Of a stretch of 64,000 nt of DNA, positions 29,864 to 43,108 are shown in pieces (position 1 is the stretch's first letter; every line of letters begins with the position of its first letter). The position numbers were made by a program, and so were the translations under genes. Under the pieces are notes generated by a model that was not told where the DNA came from, made no database searches, and saw nothing but the letters and a program-made list of their open reading frames with translations. This stretch comes from Octopus vulgaris (taxonomy: Eukaryota): contig OX597835.1 of the NCBI GenBank assembly GCA_951406725.2, forward strand, positions 10,106,001-10,170,000, given 5' to 3'.

Positions 29864-30452
29864 GAAGACCTTAATATATAAATTAATTGTAAACAACAGA
29901 AGAACTCCATACAGAATGCAGAGTCTAGCAATTTTATCGGGACTAACCATCGATCTCGCCTTCACTCTTTTCAACGGGTATGGTAATAATCCGCATTAAT
30001 GCTATGATTTTTGAGATAACAATAAGGAATTTTAAATAATTGCTGAATTATCTGAGGCCATTGCACGCTTCCATAGAAACAAATACGGATTAGATATATA
30101 AGCAGCTTATACCCAACATTTTCAGATGTATTCGCTTCGTTTGTTTCGTATATACAAAGAAGCAATACATCACTAACATATGGTTGCACTCAAAACTAAA
30201 ATATAAAATGCAAACCATTAAACATTGTCATCTTCAGCAAGCGACGGACGACACTGCGTGTGAGTCTCGTATAAATCTCTAAAGTATGAGTTTCTGCTTT
30301 TAAATATGTGATTTTTTATAAAACATGATTGCTTATAAAGCTTGCGTTATAAGACTTGCTGAAGGCAAGCAGTTGCCCTCCACGCCGTGTTATCACCAGA
30401 TTATTGTGTGTGTGTGTGTGTATGTGTGTGTGTGTGTATGTGTACGTGTGGG

Positions 30453-30494
<42 letters not shown>

Positions 30495-30553
30495 CGTGTA
30501 TGTGTACGTGCATGTGTGTGTAATCAAAATAAGTAACAGGACGACCAGAGGTG

Positions 30554-30641
30554 ATGCAGTACGACCGTTTCAAGCGGCTCCATTTAATTGAACAATGCAA
30601 TCATTACATCAATTTAAATGCAAGGCTATCCTCAGCTGCAT
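30554..30641 (-). ncRNA. Type I hammerhead ribozyme (left arm of fold-back 30521-30834)
   Basis: Mirror image of 30714-30801 with an intact core. Confidence 0.75.
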
Positions 30642-30713
30642 AAATAAATAAATAGAATTATACAAATTATACAAATGTGTCCGACTGTTCAAATTAATAA
30701 TATTTATTCATTT

Positions 30714-30801
30714 ATGCAGCTGAGGATAGCTCTGCATTTAAATTAATGTAATAACTGCATTGTTCAATTAAATGGAGCCGCTTGAAACGGTCGTACTGCA
30801 T
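30714..30801 (+). ncRNA. Type I hammerhead ribozyme with extended stem II
   Basis: AUGCAG CUGAGGA [57-nt stem II region] GAAA CG gu CG UA CUGCAU. Perfect 6-bp stem I, with predicted cleavage after A30795. Confidence 0.8.
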
Positions 30802-31035
30802 CACCCCTGGATATCCTGATGCTTATTTTGATTTTATTCACCTTCTTTTAAAATTGTACGGATAATACTGCACTAACTTTTGGTGCCTCAAGTTAAGTAC
30901 CTAATCCATCTGAATATCAATTATTTTGATATATATATATATATATATATGCATATGTACGAGTCTATATACACATGCATGCATGCATACATACATACAT
31001 ACATACATACATACATACATACATACATACATACA

Positions 31036-31064
<29 letters not shown>

Positions 31065-31066
<2 letters not shown>

Positions 31067-31322
31067 TGAGAAATCTGCAGTTACTCTATCCAGATTACAA
31101 GTTCTGGTTTATACCTGTAATTATTGGGGCCCTGGGATATGTAACACCCTGCTATATAGCAATCTTGAGAAATTAGGCTTCTCAAAAACAGAAAGAAGAA
31201 AGCTAATTCGAAGACTACAGATCCAATCCATCACTGGAACTGTAAAAATCTGTAAAACTTTCCAGAAGTTTATCATTTAAACATATATGAGCATGTCTAG
31301 ATGTATAACTATATGCATGAGA
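31065..31322 (+). mobile_element. 3' fragment of an RLE-type (R4/Dong-like) non-LTR retrotransposon inside (TACA)n
   Basis: LRNLQLLYPDYKFWFIPVIIGALGYVT, a frameshift, then NLEKLGFSKTERRKLIRRLQIQSITGTVKICKTFQKFII*. (TACA)n lies on both sides. Confidence 0.7.
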
Positions 31323-31497
31323 ATACATACATGCATACATACATACATACATACATACATACATACATACATACATACATACATACATACATACATACAT
31401 ACATACATACAAATACATACGTACATACATACATACATACATACATATATACATACATACATGCATACATACATACATACATACATATATACATACA

Positions 31498-31531
<34 letters not shown>

Positions 31532-32050
31532 CATACATACATACATACATACATACATACATACATACATACATACATACATACATACATACAAATACAT
31601 ACATACATACATACATACGTACGTACATACATACATACATACATACATACATACATACAAATACATACATACATACATACATACAAATACATACATACAT
31701 ACATACATACAAATACATACATACATACATACATACATACATACAAATACATACATACATACATACATACATACATACATACATACATACATACATACAT
31801 ACATACATACATACATACATGCCTACATACATACAAATACATACATACATACATACATACATACATACATACATACAAACAAATACATACATACACAGAT
31901 ACATACATACATACATACATACATACAAATACATACATAATACATACATACATAATACATACATACATACATACATACGTACGTACGTACATACATACAT
32001 ACATACATACATACATACACACATACATACATACATACATACATACATAC
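31323..32050. repeat. (TACA)n microsatellite
   Basis: Direct reading. Confidence 0.95.
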
Positions 32051-32051
32051 A

Positions 32052-32435
32052 GGTGCAGGCTTGGCTGTGTGGTATAAACTTTGTTTCCCTGTCACTTGGT
32101 CCCGAGTTCAGTCCCACTAAAGGCATTTTGGGTAACAGTCTTCTACTTAAGCTAAGGGCCAAACTCTTCTGAATGGATTTGGTAAATGGAAACTGAAAGA
32201 AGTCCGTTGTGTATGCGTGTGCGTGCGTGCGTGAGTTGTCTTTGTGTCTGTGTTTTCCGGTATCATCACTTGACAACCGGCGTTGTTTTGTTTATGTCCT
32301 CCGTAACCTTATGGTTCGGCAGAGGAGACCATGCTTTGAAAGTAAGTCCTGGAGTCGATTCGTTCGACTAAAATTCTTCGAGCCGGTGCCCCCAGCATGG
32401 CCGTAGACTAATAACTGAAACAAGTAGGAGGAAAT
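32052..32435 (+). mobile_element. Diverged SINE family A
   Basis: Colinear similarity to 817-1234. Confidence 0.75.
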
Positions 32436-32442
32436 AAAAATG

Positions 32443-32505
<63 letters not shown>

Positions 32506-32520
32506 GATATTTTATAGAAG

Positions 32521-32573
32521 GAGCTTCTACAGGACTAGAACTGTTTCATTCAAATGAAATCATCAGGAAGCTC
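32521..32573 (-). ncRNA. Type I hammerhead ribozyme (left arm)
   Basis: Exact reverse complement of 32615-32667. Confidence 0.75.
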
Positions 32574-32614
32574 TGCTGTATTCTTTCGCCACAACTTCCT
32601 GATGATTTCCTGAT

Positions 32615-32667
32615 GAGCTTCCTGATGATTTCATTTGAATGAAACAGTTCTAGTCCTGTAGAAGCTC
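32615..32667 (+). ncRNA. Type I hammerhead ribozyme (right arm)
   Basis: GAGCUUC CUGAUGA uUUCAuuUGAAu GAAA CAG uucuaguc CUG UA GAAGCUC. 7-bp stem I, with predicted cleavage after A32660. Confidence 0.8.
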
Positions 32668-33112
32668 CTTCTATAAAATAAATTAATTTACTCTGCTATG
32701 TATTGAGTACCTTATTTACTGTGGTTAACCCCGACTCAGCCCGGGACCTACATATATATATAGATAGATAGATAGATATATTGGGATAGGTGGAGGTGAA
32801 TGCGTGTGTCGTGCAAGCAAGCAAGCGGTATTGCGTGTTGATGTTGATTAAAGGCGGATGCCAATAACATAAGACAAAGACTTGTGGTGATGCGAGGAAG
32901 GATGGGGATGAGGGGGGCTGTAGGGAGCTGTAGGGACCTGCTGCTGCTGCTAAAGTTTAGGGGAATCTGACTCGGGGAAATAATGTTTAATCATCAGCTT
33001 CGTGATTAAAGTCACCATCAATGATATCGTTATCATTATCGCCATCATCATTATCGTCATCACCATCATTAACATGATCAGGGTGACGATGACGATGATG
33101 ATGATGATCATT

Positions 33113-33239
<127 letters not shown>

Positions 33240-33258
33240 CCATCATCATCACCATCAT

Positions 33259-33308
<50 letters not shown>

Positions 33309-33413
33309 ACAGCAACATCATATTTCTCCTCACGTCCATCTTCATTTTTAAGAACTGTCCTCTAAATTACTCCTGTGTGTGTATATGCATGGTGTGTGTG
33401 TGCATGTGTGTGT

Positions 33414-33482
33414 TTGATGATATGTATGTTTCTATGTATGTATATGTGTGCATGACGTAGCATGGCCGAACGTGTATATGTG

Positions 33483-33548
<66 letters not shown>

Positions 33549-33899
33549 TGTGTGTGTGTTTGAAAAAACGAATACAAATGGCTTTTCCGATAATTTTTCC
33601 ACTTTACTAATTAGATCTTCACACATCTAATTATTAAAGTAGAAAAATTATCAGAAAAAACCATTTCTATTCCTTTTTTCAAATATATAATACTGTACCA
33701 AGGACTTTCTACTTTTTCATTCAAATATATATACATACATACAAAAATACATGCATATATGTGTGGGTGTATGTATGTGTGTGTGTATATATATAGGTGT
33801 GTGTGTGTGTGCGTATATATGTATGTATATGTATATGTATGTATGTATGTGTGTATATATGTATATATGAATGAATGTATGTGTCCGTCTGTGTATGTC

Positions 33900-33950
<51 letters not shown>

Positions 33951-34446
33951 TTGATGCCGTTCCCTATATAGGCACAGGGGAGGCATAATGGCCCAGTGGT
34001 TAGGGCGCGCGAACTTGCGGTCATAGGATCGTGGTTTCGATTCCCAGAACGGGCGTTGTGAGTGTTTATTGAGCGAAAACACCTAAAGCTCCTCGTGGCT
34101 CCACCAGGGGTTGGTAGCAACCCCTGCTGTATTCTTTCTCCACAACTTTCTCTCACTCTTCCTTCCTGTTTCTGTTGTACCTGTATATATATACATACAT
34201 ATACACACGCACACATATATATATATACAGACATACATACACCCACACATATATGAATGTATGTCTGCATGTATGTATGAATAAAAAGTAGAAAGTTCTT
34301 GGTACAGTATTATATATTTGAAAAAAGGAACAGAAATGGGTTTTTTCTGATAATTTTTCTACTTTAATAATTAGATGTATCAAGATCTAATTATTAAAGT
34401 GGAAAAATTATCGGAAAAGTCATTTCTATTCGTTTATTCAAATACA

Positions 34447-34478
<32 letters not shown>

Positions 34479-34559
34479 GTCACACATATATACACATATA
34501 CACGTTCGGTCATGCTACGTCATGCACACATATACATACATGCAAACATACATCCTCAA
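33414..34559. repeat. Large inverted duplication (~400-bp arms), each arm containing an internal ~125-bp palindrome
   Basis: Arms ~33414-33830 and ~34187-34559. Inner palindromes ~33558-33683 and ~34316-34443. Confidence 0.85.
33978..34183 (+). mobile_element. SINE family C head (3'-truncated)
   Basis: A box TGGCCCAGTGG and B box GTTTCGATTCC. Confidence 0.8.
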
Positions 34560-34766
34560 GGGCTGGCCCTTGTACGTATGTGGCCTATGTGTAGAAATAC
34601 GTACACATGCAAGGTATATATACCTGCGTATAGAGGGGCGATGATACATGCAGATGAACGTATAAGTGAGCCTGCATGAGTGCATATGCATGCGAATAAA
34701 GATTGTATATGTAAATTGTCTGTATATACATGTATAGACATCTTCACATATATATTATATTGTGAA

Positions 34767-34995
34767 GGCGGCGAGCTGGCAGAATCGTTAGCACGCCGGG
34801 CGAAATGCGTAGCCGTATTTCGTATGCCGTTACGTTCTGAGTTCAAATTCCGCCGAGGTCGACTTTACCTTTCATCCTTTCGGGGCTATAAATTAAGTAC
34901 CAGTTACGCACTGGGGTTGATGTAATCGACTTAATACCTATGTCTGTCCTTGTTTGTCCCCTCTATGTTTAGCCCCTTGTGGGTAATAAAGAAAC
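34767..34995 (+). mobile_element. SINE family D, full length
   Basis: ggcggcgagctggcagaa head, GAGTTCAAATTCC B box, Meta-like core and a ...taataaagaaa tail. Confidence 0.9.
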
Positions 34996-35032
34996 ATATA
35001 TATTATATATATTTTCTCATATTGTGTGGAAG

Positions 35033-35410
35033 CACTCCGTCGGTTACGACGATGAGGGTTCCGGTTGATCCGATCAACGGAACAGCCTGCTCGTGAAATT
35101 AACGTCTAAGTGGATGAGCACTCCACAGACACGTGTACCCTTAACGTAGTTCTCGGGGATATTCAGCGTGACACTGAGAGTGACAAGGCCGGCCCCCTTG
35201 AAATACAGGTACAACAGAAACAGGAAGTAAGAGTGAGAGAAAGTTGTGGTGAAAGAGTACAGCAGGGATCACCACCATCCCCTGCCGGAGCCTCGTGGGG
35301 CTTTGGGTGTTTTCGCTCAATAAACACTCACAACGCCTGGTCTGGGAATCGAAACCGCGATCCTACGACCGCGAGTCCGCTGCCCTAACCACTGGGCCAT
35401 TGCGCCTCTC
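35033..35410 (-). mobile_element. SINE family C head joined to the family B tail
   Basis: 35033-35210 matches 1610-1787, and 35210-35410 matches 33978-34183. Confidence 0.85.
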
Positions 35411-35460
35411 CTTTCTCATATTACTAAGCACCGGACTGCTAAACATAAATGCGTGTGTGT

Positions 35461-35511
<51 letters not shown>

Positions 35512-35629
35512 GTGTATGTGCAATGTATAGTAACAGTTGTTCGGTGTTCAAAGTAAATGGCTATGTATCAGAATCGCTTAACATTGCACGTTTATTCCGT
35601 ATGTGATGTCAAGTCACCTCCCTTCTGAA

Positions 35630-35970
35630 TGCACTGGCCCTCGAGCCATCGCTAAGGAAGGTGAATGTTTCGAGGGTCATCTCGCGTGAACTAGGATGCG
35701 GAAGGTTCATGTCGGCGTATACGGATGACGTCACCGTAAGAGTATCAGACATCTTGGCCAATTGAGGTGATCGATTCTGCCCTACGGGAGGAGTACGAAA
35801 CGGTGACAGGAGCAAACATTAACCAGAAGCTAGAGTGTCTGTAGCTCGGAACTGGAGCAGCAGATCCATGCCACCCGACAGCGTCATAGGGCGCTGGACG
35901 GAAGGACCGGTTAAATTGCTCAGGGTCTGGTTTGGTCTGGATCTCTAGGTAGACAAGAACCTGGAGGGAA
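35630..35970 (+). pseudogene. L1/Tx1-clade reverse transcriptase fragment
   Basis: LALEPSLRK, SAYTDDVTV, EYETVTGANINQK and EGPVKLLRVWFG, with frameshifts. Confidence 0.75.
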
Positions 35971-36008
35971 ACTGTCCCTGAACTTGCTGGCCTTGTGCCA
36001 AGATTTGG

Positions 36009-36145
<137 letters not shown>

Positions 36146-36279
36146 CCATCACCATCATCATCATCATCACCATCACCATCATCATCATCATCATCATCAA
36201 CATCATCATCATTTTAGTAGTAGTAATAGAAATAGCAGCAGCAGCAGTGGTAGTAGTAGTAGTAGTAGTAGTTGTTGTT

Positions 36280-36330
<51 letters not shown>

Positions 36331-36331
36331 T

Positions 36332-36364
<33 letters not shown>

Positions 36365-36365
36365 C

Positions 36366-37266
36366 GGTGTAAGCTGTTCACTGCCAGAGAACTAAGGTAA
36401 CAACCCTTATTTTTCAAGCACCATCCAGTGCTGTTTTCTGCAAGTGCTCCACCTTTATTGCAGCCCCTATTTGTTCCATGTACTTCTCGAGATTTTTACA
36501 CACTGTTCCCAGGGCTCTGACAATTAATGGTACTACTACCACCTTTTCAGCGACGACAACTGTTTAACCTCCCAAGCTAACCTGTCTTATCTATCGACTT
36601 TTTCTTTCTTCCTTATTGCATACCTTGTTGTCAGCTGAGCAAGCTATATCTATGATCCAGCATCGTTTACTCTACCTCATGGTCGTACCGAATCATAAAC
36701 TCTCTCATAGGATCTTTGCAATTTCATTTTCGATGATGCCTTCGGGTTTATGTTCGTACCACTTTATTTGCTCTGTCAAGTCCATACTTGTTACAAATTG
36801 TCTGACAGACAATCCTTGCTATATTGTCATGATGTCTTTTATATTCCTTCTGGGCTAGTAGCGTATATTGACTGGTAATATGCCATACGGTTTCACCACT
36901 TTGTCCATAAAATTCCGGAGTATTCGAGCGTTCCAAGCAGTGTTGTTTTCTGCAAGTGCTCCACTCTTATTGTAGCCCTATCTGTTCCACGTACTTCTCG
37001 AGATTTTTGCTCACTCTTCCCAGGGCTCCGACAATTATTGGTATTACCGCTACCTTTTTCCTCGACCACAACTGCTTAACTTCCCAAGCTAACCTCTCAT
37101 ATATCTCGACTTTTCTTTCTTCCTTATCGCATACCTTGTTGTCAGCTGGACATGCTATACCTATGATCCAGCATAGTATGCTTCCATTCTCAATTAACAC
37201 TATGTCTGGCTTCCTATTCTCTGTCTCATGATCGTACTTTCTAAATTAAGACTATGTCTGGCTTCC

Positions 37267-37267
<1 letters not shown>
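36366..37267 (-). mobile_element. Two tandem 3' fragments of an RLE-type (R4/Dong-like) retrotransposon between (TAA)n and (TAC)n
   Basis: CCHC-knuckle remnant GETVWHITS...LAQKEYKRHHDNIAR (36748-36936). RLE remnant KPDIVLIE...WIIGIACPADNKVCDKEERK...IPIIVGALG (36967-37215), repeated at ~36430-36665. Confidence 0.85.
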
Positions 37268-37338
<71 letters not shown>

Positions 37339-37339
37339 G

Positions 37340-37371
<32 letters not shown>

Positions 37372-37516
37372 CATTATTATTATTATTATTATTATTTTAC
37401 TTCTCAAAGCTCTCGGTTTTACGTGCTCTGACGGATGGATGGATGGATGGACTGAGGAAGGAAGAGAAGGCTGGAGTGAGGTTTGGACGGACAGATGGAC
37501 AAACAGATAGATAGAC

Positions 37517-37611
<95 letters not shown>

Positions 37612-37664
37612 AAGACAGACAGACAGACAGACAGATAGATAAATAGACAGACAGACAGATAAAT

Positions 37665-37794
<130 letters not shown>

Positions 37795-38615
37795 CAGACA
37801 GACAGACAGACAGACAGACAGACGGACGGACGGACGGACAGACAGAGAAAGAGAAAGAGAGAGAGAAAGACGGACGGACGGACGGGCATAAACCACATAA
37901 ACCACAGAAAGTGCGGAAAGCAAAAGAAAAAAAAAGAAAGAGAAGAGAGACGAAGAAAGAGTTGAAGGTTGCCTGCACTTTCCGCGAACTTTTCCTGTGG
38001 CCGTTGTTGTTTGCAGAGTGAGTCGGACCAACTGTGTAATCAGTTCATAGAATGTGATGTCATTGTTGTGTGTTTTAGCAGAAGGTATGGCTGCGTTGGT
38101 GAGGACAATGCTTTCGGCGTTGCTTGAACAACAGAGGCAACAACATTTCATGAATAATGTGTGTTACTTGTGTTACGAACACCGGAAGACAGAAACCACC
38201 TATATCGAGGTAGAGGGAGGGCGGAGGGGGACAAAGAAAGAGGAAGAGGAAGAGGAAGAGAGAGAGAAATAGAGAGAGAGAGAGAAATAGAGAGAGAGAA
38301 ATAGAGAGAGAGAGAGAAATAGAGAGAGAGAGAGAGAAATAGAGAGAGAGAGGGAGAGAGAGAGAGAGAAATAGAGAGAGAGAGAAATAGAGAGAGAGAG
38401 AGAAATAGAGAGAGAGAGAGAAATAGAGAGAGAGAGAGAAATAGAGAGAGAGAGAGAGAGAGCGTGGGAGGGAGACACACATATGTATATAAACATGTGT
38501 GTATATGTGTGTATATGTATATAAGCAAGTATGTATGTACATATGTAAGTGTATGCATGTATGTATATATATGTGTGTGTGTGCCTGTGTGTGTGCGTGT
38601 GTGTGTGAGTGTTTT

Positions 38616-38646
<31 letters not shown>

Positions 38647-38701
38647 ATTAATAAAACATGAGGTTCGGAATACAATTATTTTCTGGGTATCTTTTCAGTG
38701 T

Positions 38702-38938
38702 GGAGGCGCGTGGCTTAGTGGTTAGGGTGTCAACATCATGATCGTGAGATTGGGGTTTCGATTCCTGGACCGGGCGACGCGTTGTGTTCTTGAGCAAAAC
38801 ACTTCATTTCACGTTGCTCCAGTCCACTCAGCTGGCAAAAATTAGTAACGTTACGATGGATTGGCGTCCTGACCAGCTGGGGAACTCATACGCCATTGAA
38901 ACCGGGCCCATGAACCTGGCTGGGCTTTAAAAGGGCGC

Positions 38939-38940
<2 letters not shown>
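38702..38940 (+). mobile_element. SINE family B head with a V-domain-like tail
   Basis: Head as at 1469. Tail cgatggattggcgtcctgaccagctggggaac...gaaaccggg is similar to the tail of 61276-61594. Confidence 0.8.
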
Positions 38941-39000
<60 letters not shown>

Positions 39001-39274
39001 GGAATGGCCTTAATAGGCCATTCAACTCACTAAAACGAGCAGCCAAAGTCAAACCGCTAAATAGTAGTAATTCAGAAATCAAAGGAAAATTAAAAACATT
39101 TACCCTTATCATCTTTGGACTATGCATAGTTTCGACGTACTTTGTTGAATGTACATTATATAGTCTGTTGACTTTTTTTTCTCTCTCACTAGACCGCTGG
39201 TGGCGAAAAGATTTCTATTGAATTTTTTGCTACCCTGATATTGATTAATATATATATATATATATATATATATT

Positions 39275-39678
39275 CAGCTTATAAAGAAGGTCAAACGAAG
39301 AAATTTCTAATGCCAAATATCCCGAAAATTGGACATATTGTCCATTTACCATATAATTTTTTCTCCAGTAAGAACGCTACTCAAAAAAAGGTCGACAGAA
39401 ATCTCTAAAAAATTCCATTATTACCATATCGGACCGATTTCAGGGTTAGTTCAAAAAAGAACCCTCCTTCGTCAGTGATACATGTGGCAAAGAAGTAAAT
39501 GAGATACTAACCCTGAAATCGGTCCGATATGGTAATAATGAATTTTTAGAGATTTCTGTCGACCTTTTTTCGAGTAGCGTGCGTACTGGGAAAAAATTAT
39601 ATGGTAAATGGACAATATGTCCAATTTTCGGCATATTTGGCATTAGAAATTTTTTCGTTTGCCCTTATTTATAAGCTG
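39275..39678. mobile_element. Fold-back element (~175-bp arms) with a minus-strand hammerhead motif at 39427-39480
   Basis: Arms 39275-39450 and 39506-39678. Motif UAUCa CUGACGA AGG agg GUUC uuuuuu GAAC uaac CCU GAAA ucgG UC cGAUA. Confidence 0.75.
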
Positions 39679-39797
39679 TTTATAATTTAACCTTTAAAGG
39701 TACTTTTTGATATGCTGGCCATTGATAAAAAAGGTACTTTTTAATATGCTGGCCATTGATAAATATATTTTTTTTAGAAAAAATTTTATCCTACATT

Positions 39798-39878
<81 letters not shown>

Positions 39879-39881
<3 letters not shown>

Positions 39882-40270
39882 TTATATATAAAAGTGAAGT
39901 TGTGTGCTGTCTGTCTCCTACGATTTAGATTCCTATCTACTCCCACATTTTGCGGTGCAGTTTAACCAAAACCGGGTATCTTCTAGTCGTGATTCATATC
40001 GAGCCCTTCTGGGTATTAGCGCGCGTCTACAATGAGTCTACAATTAAAAAAAAATTTACCATCAATTTTTCCCATTTTTAATGCATTTTTGTCATATATA
40101 AGGGAAGTAACTCTCTAAAAATTTATTATTAAATCTCAGAACGTAAAAAGCTACAGTAACACCCCCTTTGTGGTTAGCCATATTGAGATGGCTATTATAC
40201 TTTACATCACTAAACATGCTTATATAGTTATTTCCCTTACAAACCCGAGCAACGCCGGGCGATACTGCTA

Positions 40271-40271
<1 letters not shown>
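39879..40271 (+). mobile_element. Helitron family E (393 bp) inside (TA)n
   Basis: A|TC...CTAG|T termini and hairpin. Extra internal segment at ~40120-40215. Confidence 0.85.
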
Positions 40272-40341
<70 letters not shown>

Positions 40342-40477
40342 GTAGAGGCAGTTCTGCAACAAGACGTACATGTTCATAGATTTGTATAACCAATAAATTT
40401 ATGGACATGCACGTGGGTTGTCATCGTCGTCGTTGTTGTTGTTGTTGTTGTTGTTTCTGCTGTTGCTGTTGTTTACG

Positions 40478-41025
40478 TCGATTACGTCGACCCCAGTGCG
40501 TAACTGGTACTTAATTTATCGACCCCGAAAGGATGAAAGGCAAAGTCGACCTCGGCGGAATTCGAACTCACAACGTAACGCAGACTAAATACCGCTAAGC
40601 ATTTCGCCCGGCGTGCTAACCATTCTGCCAATTTTAACTTGCCTGATTGTGGGTTTAAGCAGGTTTGGTACATCTGAGGTGAGGGAACCGTGAGTGGCAC
40701 CACGCCGTTTGCTCGACTATCTGTGTGCTAGAGGATTACACAAGTATGGATAGCCCAGGGCCAAACAGCATATATTCACATACATATATATATATATATT
40801 TCTTTACTACCCACAAGGGGTTAAACACAGAGGAGACAAACAAGGACAGACAAAGGGATTAAGTCGATTACATCGACTCCAATGCGTAACTGGTACTTAA
40901 TTTATCGACCCCGGAAGGATGAAAGGCAAAGTCGACCTCGGTGGAATTTGAACTCGGAACGTAACGGCAGACGAAATACGGCAACGCATTTCGCCCGGCG
41001 TACTAACGTTTCTGCCAGCTCGCCG
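40478..41025 (-). mobile_element. Two SINE family D copies (40478-40632 and 40798-41025)
   Basis: Reverse complement of 34767-34995. Confidence 0.85.
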
Positions 41026-41069
41026 AGGTTGAAAAGGAACACACGAGTTGATGTGTATAAATAAAATAA

Positions 41070-41443
41070 GGTGATCGTGGCTGAGCGACGGCTACGGGCA
41101 CGCGCTGAGCCAGGAACTTCTCCACTGCAGCTCAAGAATTGAGACGTGCAGTCTTGTTGAAGCTGGTTGCGCGGCGAGCTGCCGGAGTTTATCCGCCTTT
41201 GTCACGCCTGTCCGCTAGACGTTGCCCTCTTCTGCTGGCGTCAATCCATGAGGGCTTGAAATTGCCCTCCTCTGCTGGCTTTGCCGTTGGGGTCTTGATG
41301 TTGGTGTTTGGTTGTGTTTAGTCTGGAACCCCATCCTTGTCCTTGCCGCCATAGGTGGCCCTACCAGGAGTCTATGACTCCAGACGGCATCGCTCTTGGA
41401 ATCATTGGAGCATACAAGCTCTTCCAGCACAACAAGGGACGAC

Positions 41444-41447
<4 letters not shown>
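41070..41447 (-). mobile_element. RTE-clade LINE 5' UTR-like fragment; shorter copy at 43131-43241(+)
   Basis: ccttgttgtgctggaagagcttgtatgctccaatgattccaagagcgatgccg...cctggtagggccacc resembles RTE (Expander/BovB-type) 5' ends, recognised from memory. Confidence 0.55.
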
Positions 41448-41997
<550 letters not shown>

Positions 41998-42290
41998 TTT
42001 AGGTATACATAGGCACCTATGTTTATATATATGTATGTATGAATGTATTTATGAATGTATGTATATATAATAATATAGCAATGACGTAACTTGGTTCATA
42101 GAAAGAGTCGCTGTTGATGCTGTTGTTGATGCTGCTGTCTCCGTGTACCGAAGTTATCAATATATAATTCTGACCTTAGTCAACAGACCAAAATAACTGC
42201 AGGCTGGTAAATATTTTCATTATATCTACTCAACAACCGTATTTTTATAGGTATGTGTAGACGTGTGTGTAAGTGTGTGTATGTGCGTGC

Positions 42291-42349
<59 letters not shown>

Positions 42350-42726
42350 TTATTTGATTCGTAAGTTTTTCATTTTCTTTCTTTTATTTTCCTGTTTACA
42401 TTCGTTTTCCGATTTAGTAAAACCAACGCGACTCTCTTGGAGAAAGAAATTATATTAATGATAAAGAAATTGAAAATTGGTTTAAATATTTGAGTTGAAG
42501 AGAAACCGAAATATGAAATCACGAAGAAGTTACAAAGCATAAAAGATATTCCAAGTAAAATATGACCAACCACTTTAAACATGGCGGAGCAAAGATCGGA
42601 CGAGCTCTAACCACTTACTATATTGTCCTTGTAGTTTCATCTTTAGGCGTCCAATATCGAGCACATATACATGTGTGTGAATATATGCAATAAGAGTAAA
42701 ACACGTCTATATACGCACATACTAAG

Positions 42727-43108
42727 ACGGCGAGCTGGTAGAAGCGTTAGCACGCCGGGCGAAATTCGTCTGTCGTTACGTTCCGAGTTCAAATTCCGCC
42801 GAGGTCGACTTTGCCTTTCATCCTTTCGGGGTCGATAAATTAAGTACCAGTTACGCACTGAGGTCGATGTAGTCGACTTAATCCGTTTGTCTGTCCTTGT
42901 TTGTCCCCTCTGTGTTTAGCCCCTTGTGAGTAGTAAAGAAATAGGTATTTCACCCGTCGCTACGTTCTGAGTTCAAATTCCGCCGAGGTCGACTTTGTCT
43001 TTCATCCTTCCGGGGTCGACAAAAATTAACGTAACGGAACGTAACGGCAGACGAAATACGGCAACGCATTTCGCCCGGTGTGCTAACGTTTCTGCCAGCT
43101 CGCCGCCT
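42727..43108 (+). mobile_element. Rearranged SINE family D cluster (full + copy, partial + copy, inverted head)
   Basis: 42727-42945(+), ~42955-43025(+) and ~43030-43108(-). Confidence 0.8.

Noticed and set aside
37955-38230. Unique island between GA-rich repeats as an exon or promoter ([15 protein letters not shown]...)
   Set aside because: No convincing splice-site pair or homology.
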